From a virus (Duplodnaviria > Caudoviricetes), in the IMG/VR virus record IMGVR_UViG_3300021387_001565, positions 32,001 through 96,000 of that record: a stretch of 64,000 bases of DNA; one strand, given 5' to 3'. Position 1 is the first letter of the stretch; each line of letters begins with the position of its first letter. Position numbers and translations under genes: made by a program. This document shows positions 18,167 to 27,954 of this stretch, in pieces. The notes beneath the pieces are model-generated. The model saw only the letters and a list, made by a program, of their open reading frames with translations, was not told the DNA's origin and did not search any database.

Positions 18167-19144
18167 TCAAACTATTTTTAAAAATTCACTGCTGTTCGCC
18201 AAGCAAGTTTCAAACTGTTCTTTAGTAAGGTTATTCACGTCCCTACCGAAAGGAATATTGACTACATCAACGAACACAGGGTCGTGCTTAAAGTAGTCAA
18301 GAAATCTCTGCTGTCCGTGCTTACCTGCGGCATCTCCATCGAAGCAAAGAACAAAATGTCGGATGCCGCTCTTTTTCAACTGCTCATACTGATACTCATC
18401 GCCTGTACCAAATAATGCCACCCCTGCATATCCCCATGTATGAAGAGTCAATGCGTTTATCTGACTCTCACAGATATAGGCAGTAGTCGCCCCTTCCTTG
18501 ATGAGATAATTGAGCAGATACACAGGCTTTACAACCCCTGTGGGAATATTGAAGTTCTTGTTTGATACGTTACGCCGAGTGATGAACACAAGTCGGTCAT
18601 TTATGTCCCACACAGGAAAGGTCAGTGAGTTTGTCTCTTTATCATACCCTATATCGAACTTCTCAATAATCGGGTTAGTGAGTTTACGCTGATACATGTA
18701 TGGATGATAATAACTATATTGAGCAAGTATACTCGGGTCAAGAAATTTCTCTTCCTCATCATTGCTTATCGGAAGTAATGTCGGGGGCTTTTCAATCCAC
18801 ACTTCTCCGTAACGGGTGATAAGCCAATCTTCTGCATATTGAAGGTTACTGCCGAAGCAATCTGCAATAAACTGAACAAAACTAGCCGTCTTATACCCAC
18901 AGGTAAAACAATGACAAGACCCCGCAGGAACTCGCTTGTTCATCTTTACGATTTCTTCCGTCGTGATACCAAACGACGGATGCCTCTCCTGTCCGTCTTT
19001 ATGGAACGGACAGGACACCATGATTACCCCATTTCGTTCGGGCTTAACATACCCGAACCGACGGTCGTTAAAGGCGTGTCTGAGGTCGGTCAACACCCTC
19101 ATCGGGTCAACCTCAACGAGTTTTCCACCAACTTGAATGTCCAT
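18167..19144 (-). CDS. dnaG: DNA primase (CHC2 Zn finger + TOPRIM)
   Basis: CPFH...CHCFTC, ICESQIN, CFDGDAAG, RDVN. Confidence 0.92.
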   Translation of the reverse strand: MDIQVGGKLVEVDPMRVLTDLRHAFNDRRFGYVKPERNGVIMVSCPFHKDGQERHPSFGITTEEIVKMNKRVPAGSCHCFTCGYKTASFVQFIADCFGSNLQYAEDWLITRYGEVWIEKPPTLLPISNDEEEKFLDPSILAQYSYYHPYMYQRKLTNPIIEKFDIGYDKETNSLTFPVWDINDRLVFITRRNVSNKNFNIPTGVVKPVYLLNYLIKEGATTAYICESQINALTLHTWGYAGVALFGTGDEYQYEQLKKSGIRHFVLCFDGDAAGKHGQQRFLDYFKHDPVFVDVVNIPFGRDVNNLTKEQFETCLANSSEFLKIV

Positions 19145-19153
19145 AGTTAATCC

Positions 19154-20455
19154 TTATGTAAAATTATCATTTGAATCATCGCTTACCTCATATTCCTCTC
19201 TCAATGCATCACAGCCCTCACCATTAGTAGCATCATTCTCTTCGGGAATGAACTGAAACTTTCCATTGTTGATATCCCATGCATACTTCAACTTTTTAAA
19301 GTTAGAGGAATCTCTTGACTTTACAAGAGTAAGAGTAGCAAGTCCATCTTTTTGTTCAAGAAATATTACTATCGTTGAATCCTGTCCTATACGGTCAGAC
19401 TGAGATATAAGTTCTGTGCCTACCGCGTGGTCATCCAAAGTCATACGATTTTGCTGACTGACTGTTATAATCGGGATGCGCTTATTAACCTGCAATATCT
19501 TAAGGTCTTTTGATATATTCGAGGCTCGTTCAACAGGAGATTTACCCTTACGGTCATCTTCAAGCAGTGAGTGTTGGTCGATAAACAGAATATCGAGTTC
19601 AGCCTGCTCAATGAACGTCCGTAACTTACGCACCCCCACACTTCCGCCTGCATCATTCGGAGTAAGGACAAAAATCGGTCCTTTTAGCTCCTGCTTAATA
19701 TCTTGGATGTAGTCTTTATAGTTATCTCGTAAGTTTATGTCGCCATGAGTAAGTCCCGAGTTAGATATGTGGCTTGTCAAGGTATCGATACGATAAGCAA
19801 CTTTATTTGTGGTCATCTCACCACTATATATGCCTACACGCAATCCTGCTTTAGATGCCGCCTTAGCAAAGGCTAATAGCCACCACGTTTTACCCATATT
19901 AGTACGAGATACGATAGTCGCATATTCTTCCTGTCTATCCCAACCACCTATGATAGAATCAAGTTCGGGAAAGCCTGTAGTGGTGTAGAAATCGGCAAAC
20001 GAGTTACATTTATCGAGATAGGCTTGATAACGTGAAGTATCTGTTGTAATATCCGTAAACGTAAGTTTTGCAGAATGGGCTAATTTATCGGATAACCCAA
20101 GAGCAATATTAACCGCAGATGCTGTGTCATTACTCATCAAGGCACTTCGTATGCCATTATAATTGTCTGCAAGCACCCTCTGATTTTTGTCCATCAACAA
20201 GGCATCGATGACAAAATTTATCGGTTCATCTACCTGCAATACATCAAACGTAGGGAATGCATCTACGACAGTAGATATGTCGGGAACTACCCCATAGGTA
20301 TTATAATGGTTAATAATAAACTCATATACCGCAGGATAGTTAGAAAAGTAACTGCTGTCGAGATTGTTTTTGCTCAACAGGGATATGTCTCGTTCCTGTA
20401 ATAATCTGTTTAAAAATCGGCACTGTGCAATTGTGCCCGATAATTCTTGTGCCAT
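19154..20455 (-). CDS. dnaB: Replicative DnaB-like helicase
   Basis: TGFPELD, RTNMGKT, SGEM, FIDQHSLL, SQQNR, SQSDRIGQD, VKSR. Confidence 0.92.
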   Translation of the reverse strand: MAQELSGTIAQCRFLNRLLQERDISLLSKNNLDSSYFSNYPAVYEFIINHYNTYGVVPDISTVVDAFPTFDVLQVDEPINFVIDALLMDKNQRVLADNYNGIRSALMSNDTASAVNIALGLSDKLAHSAKLTFTDITTDTSRYQAYLDKCNSFADFYTTTGFPELDSIIGGWDRQEEYATIVSRTNMGKTWWLLAFAKAASKAGLRVGIYSGEMTTNKVAYRIDTLTSHISNSGLTHGDINLRDNYKDYIQDIKQELKGPIFVLTPNDAGGSVGVRKLRTFIEQAELDILFIDQHSLLEDDRKGKSPVERASNISKDLKILQVNKRIPIITVSQQNRMTLDDHAVGTELISQSDRIGQDSTIVIFLEQKDGLATLTLVKSRDSSNFKKLKYAWDINNGKFQFIPEENDATNGEGCDALREEYEVSDDSNDNFT

Positions 20456-21144
20456 TACAAACCTCTCTTATCCTGTCCTAGCAATCGTACTACCTTACCC
20501 GTACTAATAATACGGGAGCATAATCGTCCCCCAAGAGCGTCAAACAAAGCATCGGGGGCTAAGTTGGATGTGTAGACATTTGCTTTCCCACTATCAATGC
20601 GGGCATTGATATAACTGAGCAGTGTCTCTACGTCATACTCTGAACCTATCTTCGTACCTATATCATCCCACACTATCAGATTTGCATCGTATATATGTTC
20701 CTTGATAAAATCTATGTAGGAGTTCGGAGCGTTCATCGAAGCCTTTAACTCCATCAGAAATCTCGGGACATTTATGAACAGTGCCGAGCACTCAATGGTC
20801 TTATGCCATATAGCACTAAAGTAGGCTTGCATGAGTTTAATTGCCCACGAGGTCTTTCCATTACCTGCATAAGGGGAGTAGATATAGAGGCTTCCGCCAT
20901 TCGAGACAAAACTCTCTATGTTGGTCTTTATCTGATTTAATTTTTCAAAGGCAAGTTTCTCACTCTCCGTATTATCGGGATATAAGGTTACAGGTCGATA
21001 TTGTTTCTCTGTAAGAAGTGACTGAGAGTAAAGCTCATTTAGTCTGAACAATCGTGGACAATATTGAGAAGGTGCATGGGGGCACTCCCCATTTTTATGC
21101 TTTACACAGGTGTTATACACCCAACAAGAATCTCCGTAAATCAT
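20455..21144 (-). CDS. DnaC/IstB-like AAA+ helicase loader
   Basis: AGNGKT, VWDDIG, YTSNL, RLCSRI. Confidence 0.88.
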   Translation of the reverse strand: MIYGDSCWVYNTCVKHKNGECPHAPSQYCPRLFRLNELYSQSLLTEKQYRPVTLYPDNTESEKLAFEKLNQIKTNIESFVSNGGSLYIYSPYAGNGKTSWAIKLMQAYFSAIWHKTIECSALFINVPRFLMELKASMNAPNSYIDFIKEHIYDANLIVWDDIGTKIGSEYDVETLLSYINARIDSGKANVYTSNLAPDALFDALGGRLCSRIISTGKVVRLLGQDKRGL

Positions 21145-21146
21145 TT

Positions 21147-21851
21147 TTAGTACCCCTTCGTGCTCAACTCTGTTTTAACATTGTTGATTTGTATCTGATT
21201 AGGCACAGGCTTACTGTTCCGTGTCGTGGATGGATGTTGCCGTGCGTAATTCGTGATTGCCCACTGAAACGTATTGTATCCACACGCTATTGTCTGTGTC
21301 AATATTTCCTTCGCCTTAGCCGTGTCGTAGTCTGCAAAATCTCCATGAACAGTGGTGCATGCGGTATCAAGCATATCGACATTCGCCATAAACATATCCT
21401 TGGTCATAACACCTTTTGTCAGTGCTACAGACACCCAACTCGCGTATAACTCAAACAAATCTGTAGGTAAATCCTCGGGAAGATTTTTGAGCAGGTTGTT
21501 CTTGATTGCATCCTGTTTAGAGGCTTTTGATTTTTTAAGTTTAAGGGTATTTGGAATATTCGCACAATCGATGGTCTCATCGTAGAGTATGTGGCACACA
21601 TTATCGTGATTGACCACATACCAATTCCCACCCTCGTTACGGTAGTCTATGGAGAGTAGATTAAGATTAAGTAATCCATCAATGGCTTTAGTGTAGTCAT
21701 TGTCGGCTATATAGGAGAAAGGGAACGTGTCTGCCTCAACTCCACTTCTGACATTGGAAATCTCGGTCAATACCACCGCAGGTATCAGACCGAGTTTTTC
21801 AATAAGCCGTATATCATAAATCTTGTAGCAGTCAGTTTTATACTTAAACAT
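21147..21851 (-). CDS. Putative replication initiator / replisome organiser
   Basis: N-terminal KLGLIPAVVLTEI wHTH-like segment; directly upstream of the loader, helicase and primase. Confidence 0.5.
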   Translation of the reverse strand: MFKYKTDCYKIYDIRLIEKLGLIPAVVLTEISNVRSGVEADTFPFSYIADNDYTKAIDGLLNLNLLSIDYRNEGGNWYVVNHDNVCHILYDETIDCANIPNTLKLKKSKASKQDAIKNNLLKNLPEDLPTDLFELYASWVSVALTKGVMTKDMFMANVDMLDTACTTVHGDFADYDTAKAKEILTQTIACGYNTFQWAITNYARQHPSTTRNSKPVPNQIQINNVKTELSTKGY

Positions 21852-21852
21852 G

Positions 21853-22614
21853 TCATATCCTTCCTAGTGTTGCTGTCAGATACTCAAATTCGTTGAGCAA
21901 GGTAGATTTTGATATCTTCTTCAACCTGCCAAACTCTGATTCGACCTTCGCATACGACCAATTATATGTCTTTGCAAAGTATTTAAAATAACGGTCATCT
22001 AACCCCTTGATTTGTTTAACGAGTTTACCACTGTCAAACACGTGTTCAGTAGTGAACACATCCGAATTTAAGATTAAGTCAATCACGAGTGCGAAGAAAT
22101 AGTTGTGTTGAGACAATTGCCCCCGCACAAGACTTGTGCAGTCAAATTCCTCATTGGTATCTACAATTGACGGAACGCAAGAATCTCCGAGTTCAGCGTA
22201 TATCTTGTCAAGGCTCTCAACCTCATGATTTATCTTACGATTGTACCGATTGTGCTGTTGGAAGTAAGTAAGCCTTGCGCACTTTATCTTTTTGTTGATT
22301 GCCTTGTCTGGTCCGTTTGGGTCATTATATAACTTACTCATAGGGTCTCTCCATACCGCATGAGAAAGAGCATATAAGATTGCCTCAATAAACCAATCAT
22401 AAGCATCTTCTTCGGAAGCCGACATAAAAGACTTGCCATAACTCGCCGTCAACGCCTGCCAATACCGACAGACTATTGCCGCCATGTATGCAGATTTTTT
22501 ATACTCGTCGCTCTCGTCCAAGTATTGATTGCACAAGTCATTCTTGTTCGCTTTACGCCAATTTGGGATAGTATCCGCTTGGTCGGAATACAGCAAGTAA
22601 TAATCATGTAACAT
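21853..22614 (-). CDS. Divergent sigma-factor-like protein
   Basis: SEEDAYDWFIEAILYAL resembles region 2, followed by a basic helix and ESLD (region 3.2-like). Start set at MLHDYY, 22614, with GGAG RBS. Confidence 0.5.
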   Translation of the reverse strand: MLHDYYLLYSDQADTIPNWRKANKNDLCNQYLDESDEYKKSAYMAAIVCRYWQALTASYGKSFMSASEEDAYDWFIEAILYALSHAVWRDPMSKLYNDPNGPDKAINKKIKCARLTYFQQHNRYNRKINHEVESLDKIYAELGDSCVPSIVDTNEEFDCTSLVRGQLSQHNYFFALVIDLILNSDVFTTEHVFDSGKLVKQIKGLDDRYFKYFAKTYNWSYAKVESEFGRLKKISKSTLLNEFEYLTATLGRI

Positions 22615-22657
22615 ACCTTTTCTCCAAAGTTTAATTGTGTGTAAACCCTCACACATA

Positions 22658-22730
22658 CAGGGCTAGTCAGATTCGAACTGACGTATCACGGTGTCAAAGA
22701 CCGTTGCCTTATCCACTTGGCTATAGCCCT
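22658..22730 (-). tRNA. tRNA-Gln (TTG), CCA not encoded
   Basis: AGGGCTA/TAGCCCT acceptor stem, D arm GCCAAGTGGATAAGGC, anticodon arm ACGGT-CTTTGAC-ACCGT, T arm GTCAG-TTCGAAT-CTGAC. Confidence 0.95.
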
Positions 22731-22743
22731 ACAGAACAATAAA

Positions 22744-22794
22744 TCCGCTCTACAAGTCTATGATAGCATGTAGAGCGGACAAAATCAACAGATT
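22744..22794 (-). promoter_or_regulatory. Class 1 promoter (TTGATT-17-TATCAT, extended TG) with the -10 in the loop of an 11-bp inverted repeat
   Basis: AATCAACAGATT at 22783-22794; tccgctctaca (22744-22754) / tgtagagcgga (22769-22779). Confidence 0.7.
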
Positions 22795-22802
22795 AAATTA
22801 AC

Positions 22803-23099
22803 TTATGCTGAACATTTATAGGGTACTTTTGTTTTTGCTTGCTTGCTTGCAATCAATTCGGAAACCTTGCTAATGTAGGCATTATCGTCTGATACCCGTA
22901 TTAAGGAGTAGAGCAGGTAAATCGGCAAATGGTTTGGTACACGTTTATGATAAACTAAATCAACAACATACTTGGCGGTCTTAAAACCTTTAATATGACT
23001 ATGACCTGTCTTAAACCCTTTGCGTTTGTTTATCACGATAAAACCCCTAGACACTCGGATGATTATAAAATCACCCTTTTGGTACACGGTGTTATCCAT
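22803..23099 (-). CDS. Hypothetical basic protein
   Basis: 98 aa, AAGGAG RBS, GHSHI..FKTAKY motif. Confidence 0.7.
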   Translation of the reverse strand: MDNTVYQKGDFIIIRVSRGFIVINKRKGFKTGHSHIKGFKTAKYVVDLVYHKRVPNHLPIYLLYSLIRVSDDNAYISKVSELIASKQAKTKVPYKCSA

Positions 23100-23125
23100 G
23101 ATATGAAATCGCTCCTTGAGTGGTG

Positions 23126-23737
23126 TTATTCGATAATCTCATCGACAAGCCCTTTTTCGAGCATAACCGAAGAGGTCATATACCACTCGTAGCGTTCCAT
23201 CTTCTCATATTCCTGTTCCGTGATAAGAGAATGAGAAAGTGTGTAGTCCTTAATCAAGGATTCAAAGTTCTGATAAAATTCCCATTGGTCTTTTACTTGG
23301 GTGTTAGTACCCTCAAGATAACTCTGACCTGCATGCAACAATGCTGTAGCATGTTTGAAGCATCTCTTTTTTACATTCGGGTTATTCCGTCCTGCCATAA
23401 GGATGAGTCCGCCCATAGAATAAGCGTAGGTCATAACAGTGATTGTAGTAGGTGTCTTAAGATTGTCAATCACGTCACAGAGTGCCATGCCATCATAAGG
23501 GCTTCCACCTATCGTGTTAAGAACAATTTCAATAGGTTTGCCTGTACCGTCGTTATCCATCTCAAGCAGAGGAAGTATCACATTCTCCACAACGCAGGAG
23601 TCAATTGGCTCGTTAATGATGATACGTCGGTCGGACAAGTTCTTGTAGTATTGATACATACAAGTGTCGGGCAACATCATAGCCTGTTTAAATTGGCTGA
23701 TGAACGTTCCCAAGTCAAATTCCATAACAGTAGGCAT
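23126..23737 (-). CDS. clpP: ClpP-family serine protease
   Basis: RRIII, NTIGGS, AYSMG (Ser), LLHA (His), EKGLVDEI. Confidence 0.92.
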   Translation of the reverse strand: MPTVMEFDLGTFISQFKQAMMLPDTCMYQYYKNLSDRRIIINEPIDSCVVENVILPLLEMDNDGTGKPIEIVLNTIGGSPYDGMALCDVIDNLKTPTTITVMTYAYSMGGLILMAGRNNPNVKKRCFKHATALLHAGQSYLEGTNTQVKDQWEFYQNFESLIKDYTLSHSLITEQEYEKMERYEWYMTSSVMLEKGLVDEIIE

Positions 23738-23775
23738 AGGGTTTCATTCCTTTACATTATATTAACAAAAACATA

Positions 23776-25446
23776 TCAGTCCAAGTCTAATATGTATTGT
23801 TTCAGTAGTGCCGCTGTAGTGTCAGTCATCTTATCGTCAATCACGTAATCTGACATTGCCCCCTTAGCGTTTACAAGACTTAATACAAACTCGTCCACAG
23901 TATCCGTGCACACGAGGTTATAGATGGTTACAGGTCGGTTTGTTCCGATACGATAAATCCTGTCTTGATTTTGTACAAATTCTGCATTAGTCCAAGCAGT
24001 GTCAAGGAATATCATGGAACTTGCGGCAGTAAGGGTAATTCCTGTACCACACTTTGACCACGTTCCAACAAATATCCTCGTGCTATCGTCAGTCTGCAAT
24101 TTGCAGATAGCCTCGTCTATTTGGTCGCTACTTTCATTACCTGTGGCTACAACCACACCGTATTCCTGTAACTGCTTTGCCACTTCGTAGACAGGCTCTT
24201 TGAATGTAGAGAATATTACTAATTTCTCCCCGCCCTCAACAATCTGTCTAGCCATATCGACACACCGCTCTATCTTGCTTGACACTATAGGCTCTGTAGT
24301 GAGTATGCTCGGGAAAACTGTTGCCTGTCGCAAGCGTATCAACATAGCCACAACGGAAGCAGTGTTCAACTTAACCTTATCCACTTCCTGCTTAATACCA
24401 TCTTTCACATTATCATAAAACTGACGATGTGCTGTATCCATGTCAACATACTCAGTCAGCACAGTCTTGGGGGGAAGGTCAACCACATCCTTTGTACGTC
24501 GTAACGAACACCGAGATAATTGATATTTAAGCATATCAAGGTTATGATATCCCGCAGGAGCACCATTTATATACGCTGTATAGACATAGCGATAGTTAGA
24601 AAGTGTTCCACGCTCTGCCCCGATAAAAGACAAAGGAGTATAACAGTCTATAGGGTTATTTAATAATAAAGTACCTGTAAGACCGAGCCTGTACTTAAAC
24701 CCCGTCAAAGCTAATAAGTTCTTGCCCTGTATAGATTGAGACGATTTGCAGTGATGTATTTCATCAACTGCAATCATGTCTATTTTGTTTACTGCTTTAG
24801 GATTGTTAAGTTCCTTAATTATCGCCTTATCCCGTAGGGTCTCAATATTGGTGATAATAAAAAACTCGGGTATTTCCTGCTGTAACTGCTCAAGCCTCTG
24901 TTTGACTGAGCCTATCTTATGCTTCCCCTTTTTAGTGATTGTCTCACCAAGAATACGGCAGGTCAAGTCTGAATGCTTCTCAATCTCACGCTTCCAATTC
25001 GTTTTAGCAGAATTAACACCACACACAACAAGACAATGTTCAAGCCCTTTATACTCTTTAAGATTATATGCAAGTGCAATGGTCTCAATAGTTTTGCCTA
25101 AGCCCATTCCGTCAAGCAATAACCAACTGTCCATATTTAAGCCATACTCCACTGCATCTTTTTGATATTCGAGCAAGTCAGTCTTCATCGGCTTAATATC
25201 ATATTGTTGACAGGGGGTATCAACATCGGGTAATAATTTTACTGAAATGTCATCGTACTCAGTAAGACTGTCTAAAAGATTGGATAAATAGACGATAGGG
25301 ACTTCCCATATCTTAGTACGTTTGTCATAATTAGACCCCATTAAGATTTTTACTGCGTTAATGATATCGGGGTTATAATTAAACGATACAAACAGAGATG
25401 TAATCCCCGCACATTTTTTAGTCTGCTCTTCTGTAATATAAATCAT
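23776..25446 (-). CDS. SNF2-family helicase
   Basis: MGLGKT, DEIH, LTGT, LRRTK, GTGITLT, QNQDRIYRIG. Confidence 0.92.
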   Translation of the reverse strand: MIYITEEQTKKCAGITSLFVSFNYNPDIINAVKILMGSNYDKRTKIWEVPIVYLSNLLDSLTEYDDISVKLLPDVDTPCQQYDIKPMKTDLLEYQKDAVEYGLNMDSWLLLDGMGLGKTIETIALAYNLKEYKGLEHCLVVCGVNSAKTNWKREIEKHSDLTCRILGETITKKGKHKIGSVKQRLEQLQQEIPEFFIITNIETLRDKAIIKELNNPKAVNKIDMIAVDEIHHCKSSQSIQGKNLLALTGFKYRLGLTGTLLLNNPIDCYTPLSFIGAERGTLSNYRYVYTAYINGAPAGYHNLDMLKYQLSRCSLRRTKDVVDLPPKTVLTEYVDMDTAHRQFYDNVKDGIKQEVDKVKLNTASVVAMLIRLRQATVFPSILTTEPIVSSKIERCVDMARQIVEGGEKLVIFSTFKEPVYEVAKQLQEYGVVVATGNESSDQIDEAICKLQTDDSTRIFVGTWSKCGTGITLTAASSMIFLDTAWTNAEFVQNQDRIYRIGTNRPVTIYNLVCTDTVDEFVLSLVNAKGAMSDYVIDDKMTDTTAALLKQYILDLD

Positions 25447-25733
25447 CAGTCAGTTTTCCTCTTCAAAACAAATTCATCTGTCGTGTCCTTAGTTGCTTTG
25501 TAACTTAAAGTTAAGTTTATATTAAATGTGTTGCCACAGTTATTGCAGGTAAACTTTTCTGTTAAATCTTGTTCTGCCCCAACATAATACTGTATTTTGC
25601 CCTCGGTATCACGCACAATGCGTGGGATTTCTTGACAGCCGAACACGGCTCGGGGAATAAAAATCTCTTGGGGTAAATATTCGTAGCCGCAGTACGGGCA
25701 AGAAATTGAACAAAATTTTTCTACAATCCTCAT
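25446..25733 (-). CDS. Zn-ribbon protein
   Basis: CPYC...CNNC; AGGAG RBS in front of ATG 25733. Confidence 0.75.
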   Translation of the reverse strand: MRIVEKFCSISCPYCGYEYLPQEIFIPRAVFGCQEIPRIVRDTEGKIQYYVGAEQDLTEKFTCNNCGNTFNINLTLSYKATKDTTDEFVLKRKTD

Positions 25734-25802
25734 AAGCAACTCCTAACTGTCAGTCATATCGTTACAGTAAATCATACAATTTCGGTTTAGAAAAATTCGG
25801 CT

Positions 25803-25883
25803 AATATAGGCGAAGCCTATATTTATATATTTATATATTATATATATAATAATATAGGCAGATACAAAATATATCTGCCTATA
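25803..25883. repeat. Two related hairpins (TATAGGC arms) flanking a pure AT tract
   Basis: aatataggc-gaa-gcctatatt, then about 30 nt of only A/T, then tataggcagata-N8-tatctgcctata. Confidence 0.7.
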
Positions 25884-25911
25884 AATCTAAAGTTTAATAA
25901 TATAGAGAGTC

Positions 25912-27954
25912 TTATGTCTCTGCATATCCTATCTGTATCCTTACATCTATGGCTACAGGGAAGGTCGCAGTCGATTTACTCGACGATTTAAGGTAGAGAG
26001 CCAAATAGTTATTAGTCTCATCTGTCTCAAATGGAATTGTAGGGTCATTTTTATTTGTCAAAAGTTCCCAATCAAATGACGTTAAAGCATAATCGGGTGT
26101 TGCCGCTTTTGTCTCCATAGTGGTCGATGTTCCAATGCTCCCGATGAAACCAATCTTTTCAGATTCGCTAATACCAACGTTAGACAACAAACGATAATAT
26201 AGAGGCTTGTTTTGCATAGCGTCTATATGACACACAGCCCATTTGTCTACAATGCTCGTGGTTGAATTGTTTGCTGTTATTCCACTATTGGGTATTGCCT
26301 TACTTACTCCAGACAACGTTCCAGTAAAGGTCGCGTCAAGAGCGACTATCATTTCCGCAGGACGTAATTCCGAAGTTACTTGTAACGAAGTAGTTACAGT
26401 ATCTTCACCATAAGTATAACTAATTCCAATAGTGTATGTTCCTGCCGTGGAAATATTGACGTTAGATGTATCAAATACACAAACTGCTGATACATCGGCT
26501 GTCGTAGTATCAGAGTACAATGCTGTGACGCTAATATCGGCTGTGGACAAAGCCTCGTCAGTATAGTATGCGGTCTTTGTCTTGGTGGCAGATATTGAAA
26601 TAACTGTCTTCGTCTTTGCTTGTATAGTTTCGGGAGTTGTATCAACGAGGTATTCACACAAGCCGATAAATTTACCACTCACAAAATTCCTGTTTCTTAC
26701 TCTAATACAGTTGGGATAAACATCAACAACAGCACCCTCGGATTCTGCATAGATATAATCAGATGTAGAGCCGTCTATAATGTCTCGTGGAACAGTTAGC
26801 GAAGATATATGAACCATGCGCACACCGTTTTTGTACTCAATCAAATTCAAATCATCCCACATTTTTTGATACTCATATTTGATGTGGCTGTGACCGCTGA
26901 ACCAAATCACGTTTTTATAATGTGCCAAAAGGTTCAAGAAGTCCGTTCTATCGCTTTTGGGATAGTTAGTCTGATACGGATTGCCCCATATATCATAACT
27001 ATATGCGCCATTTCCGAGTGCAAAGCCGCTGTATTTAATACCTTCAGTTTCCCAATGAGCGGGAACGTGCGCAAACAAAAACACCCTCTGATTGCGGTAT
27101 GTTTCAAAAATATCTTCTAACCATGCTAATTCGGTAGCCGTGAACATTGTTCGTCCAGCACCTTGATAAGTGTCCTCAAATATTGATAAGAAGACAAAAA
27201 CATCGTTGTTGATAACTTTGTAAAAATATGCTTCGGTTTCATTCGTCCAATCGGTATCAAGATATTCACGAATAGCAGTTTTATTTGCGTACATAACAGC
27301 GTCTGCATTATATGCTTCGTGATTGCCTACGCATGAATAAACAGGAGTGTCAGAAGCCCATTGGTCGCGGTCTGACTTCCACTCTTCCAGATGTGCAATA
27401 GTTCCGCTTTTTGTCAAATCCCCTGCAATACAGATTGCGTCTACACCTTCGCGCTCATTCAAGTAGGTCATTGATACGTGGACATCATCATGCCCTGTCT
27501 GATACTGGACGTGAACATCAGACAATGCGCCGAACGAGTAAAGATGCTCTCCATAATTTCCTGCCGCCCATAACTTGCTAGAAGGAATCTGATAATCACA
27601 AACTATTACATTATCTTTAACAGCGCAAATTCGTGTAGCATATTTGGGTATGGCATTATACTCTGTGAGTTTTATTAAGTCCATCGACCGTTGATGATTA
27701 AAGTCGAGTGATACTGTCCCAATTTTGGAATAATTGGACATTACCCCGTTTTCATCACCCCACATAATGTCGTAATTTCCGTCACGAAGCGAAGTGGTGC
27801 TCTCGAGATAAATCGCACCTTCTGCTACAGCAGGAGTATCTGAGTTAAATGTGGCGGACAAAGAAATTGACGGGGGGGGTAAGGTCTCCCCCACCGCTAT
27901 ATTTGAAACCTTTATCAACTGTCCTGTATTAGGGTCATATCTGTTTACACTCAT
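25912..27954 (-). CDS. Probable virion fibre protein with metallophosphoesterase and Ig-like (Big_3) domains
   Basis: SDVH, AGDL, GNHE, AHVP, GHSH motifs; TKTAYY...VTALYSD...FDTS...GTYTI Ig-like repeat; lies in the tail-fibre operon. Confidence 0.75.
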   Translation of the reverse strand: MSVNRYDPNTGQLIKVSNIAVGETLPPPSISLSATFNSDTPAVAEGAIYLESTTSLRDGNYDIMWGDENGVMSNYSKIGTVSLDFNHQRSMDLIKLTEYNAIPKYATRICAVKDNVIVCDYQIPSSKLWAAGNYGEHLYSFGALSDVHVQYQTGHDDVHVSMTYLNEREGVDAICIAGDLTKSGTIAHLEEWKSDRDQWASDTPVYSCVGNHEAYNADAVMYANKTAIREYLDTDWTNETEAYFYKVINNDVFVFLSIFEDTYQGAGRTMFTATELAWLEDIFETYRNQRVFLFAHVPAHWETEGIKYSGFALGNGAYSYDIWGNPYQTNYPKSDRTDFLNLLAHYKNVIWFSGHSHIKYEYQKMWDDLNLIEYKNGVRMVHISSLTVPRDIIDGSTSDYIYAESEGAVVDVYPNCIRVRNRNFVSGKFIGLCEYLVDTTPETIQAKTKTVISISATKTKTAYYTDEALSTADISVTALYSDTTTADVSAVCVFDTSNVNISTAGTYTIGISYTYGEDTVTTSLQVTSELRPAEMIVALDATFTGTLSGVSKAIPNSGITANNSTTSIVDKWAVCHIDAMQNKPLYYRLLSNVGISESEKIGFIGSIGTSTTMETKAATPDYALTSFDWELLTNKNDPTIPFETDETNNYLALYLKSSSKSTATFPVAIDVRIQIGYAET

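Noticed and set aside
22658-22730. tRNA as a prophage attachment site
   Set aside because: No integrase, no duplicated tRNA 3' end, and phage genes continue on both sides.
23120-23848. 242-aa plus-strand ORF, and the other plus-strand ORFs in the track
   Set aside because: Antisense shadows of well-supported minus-strand genes, with no recognisable motifs.
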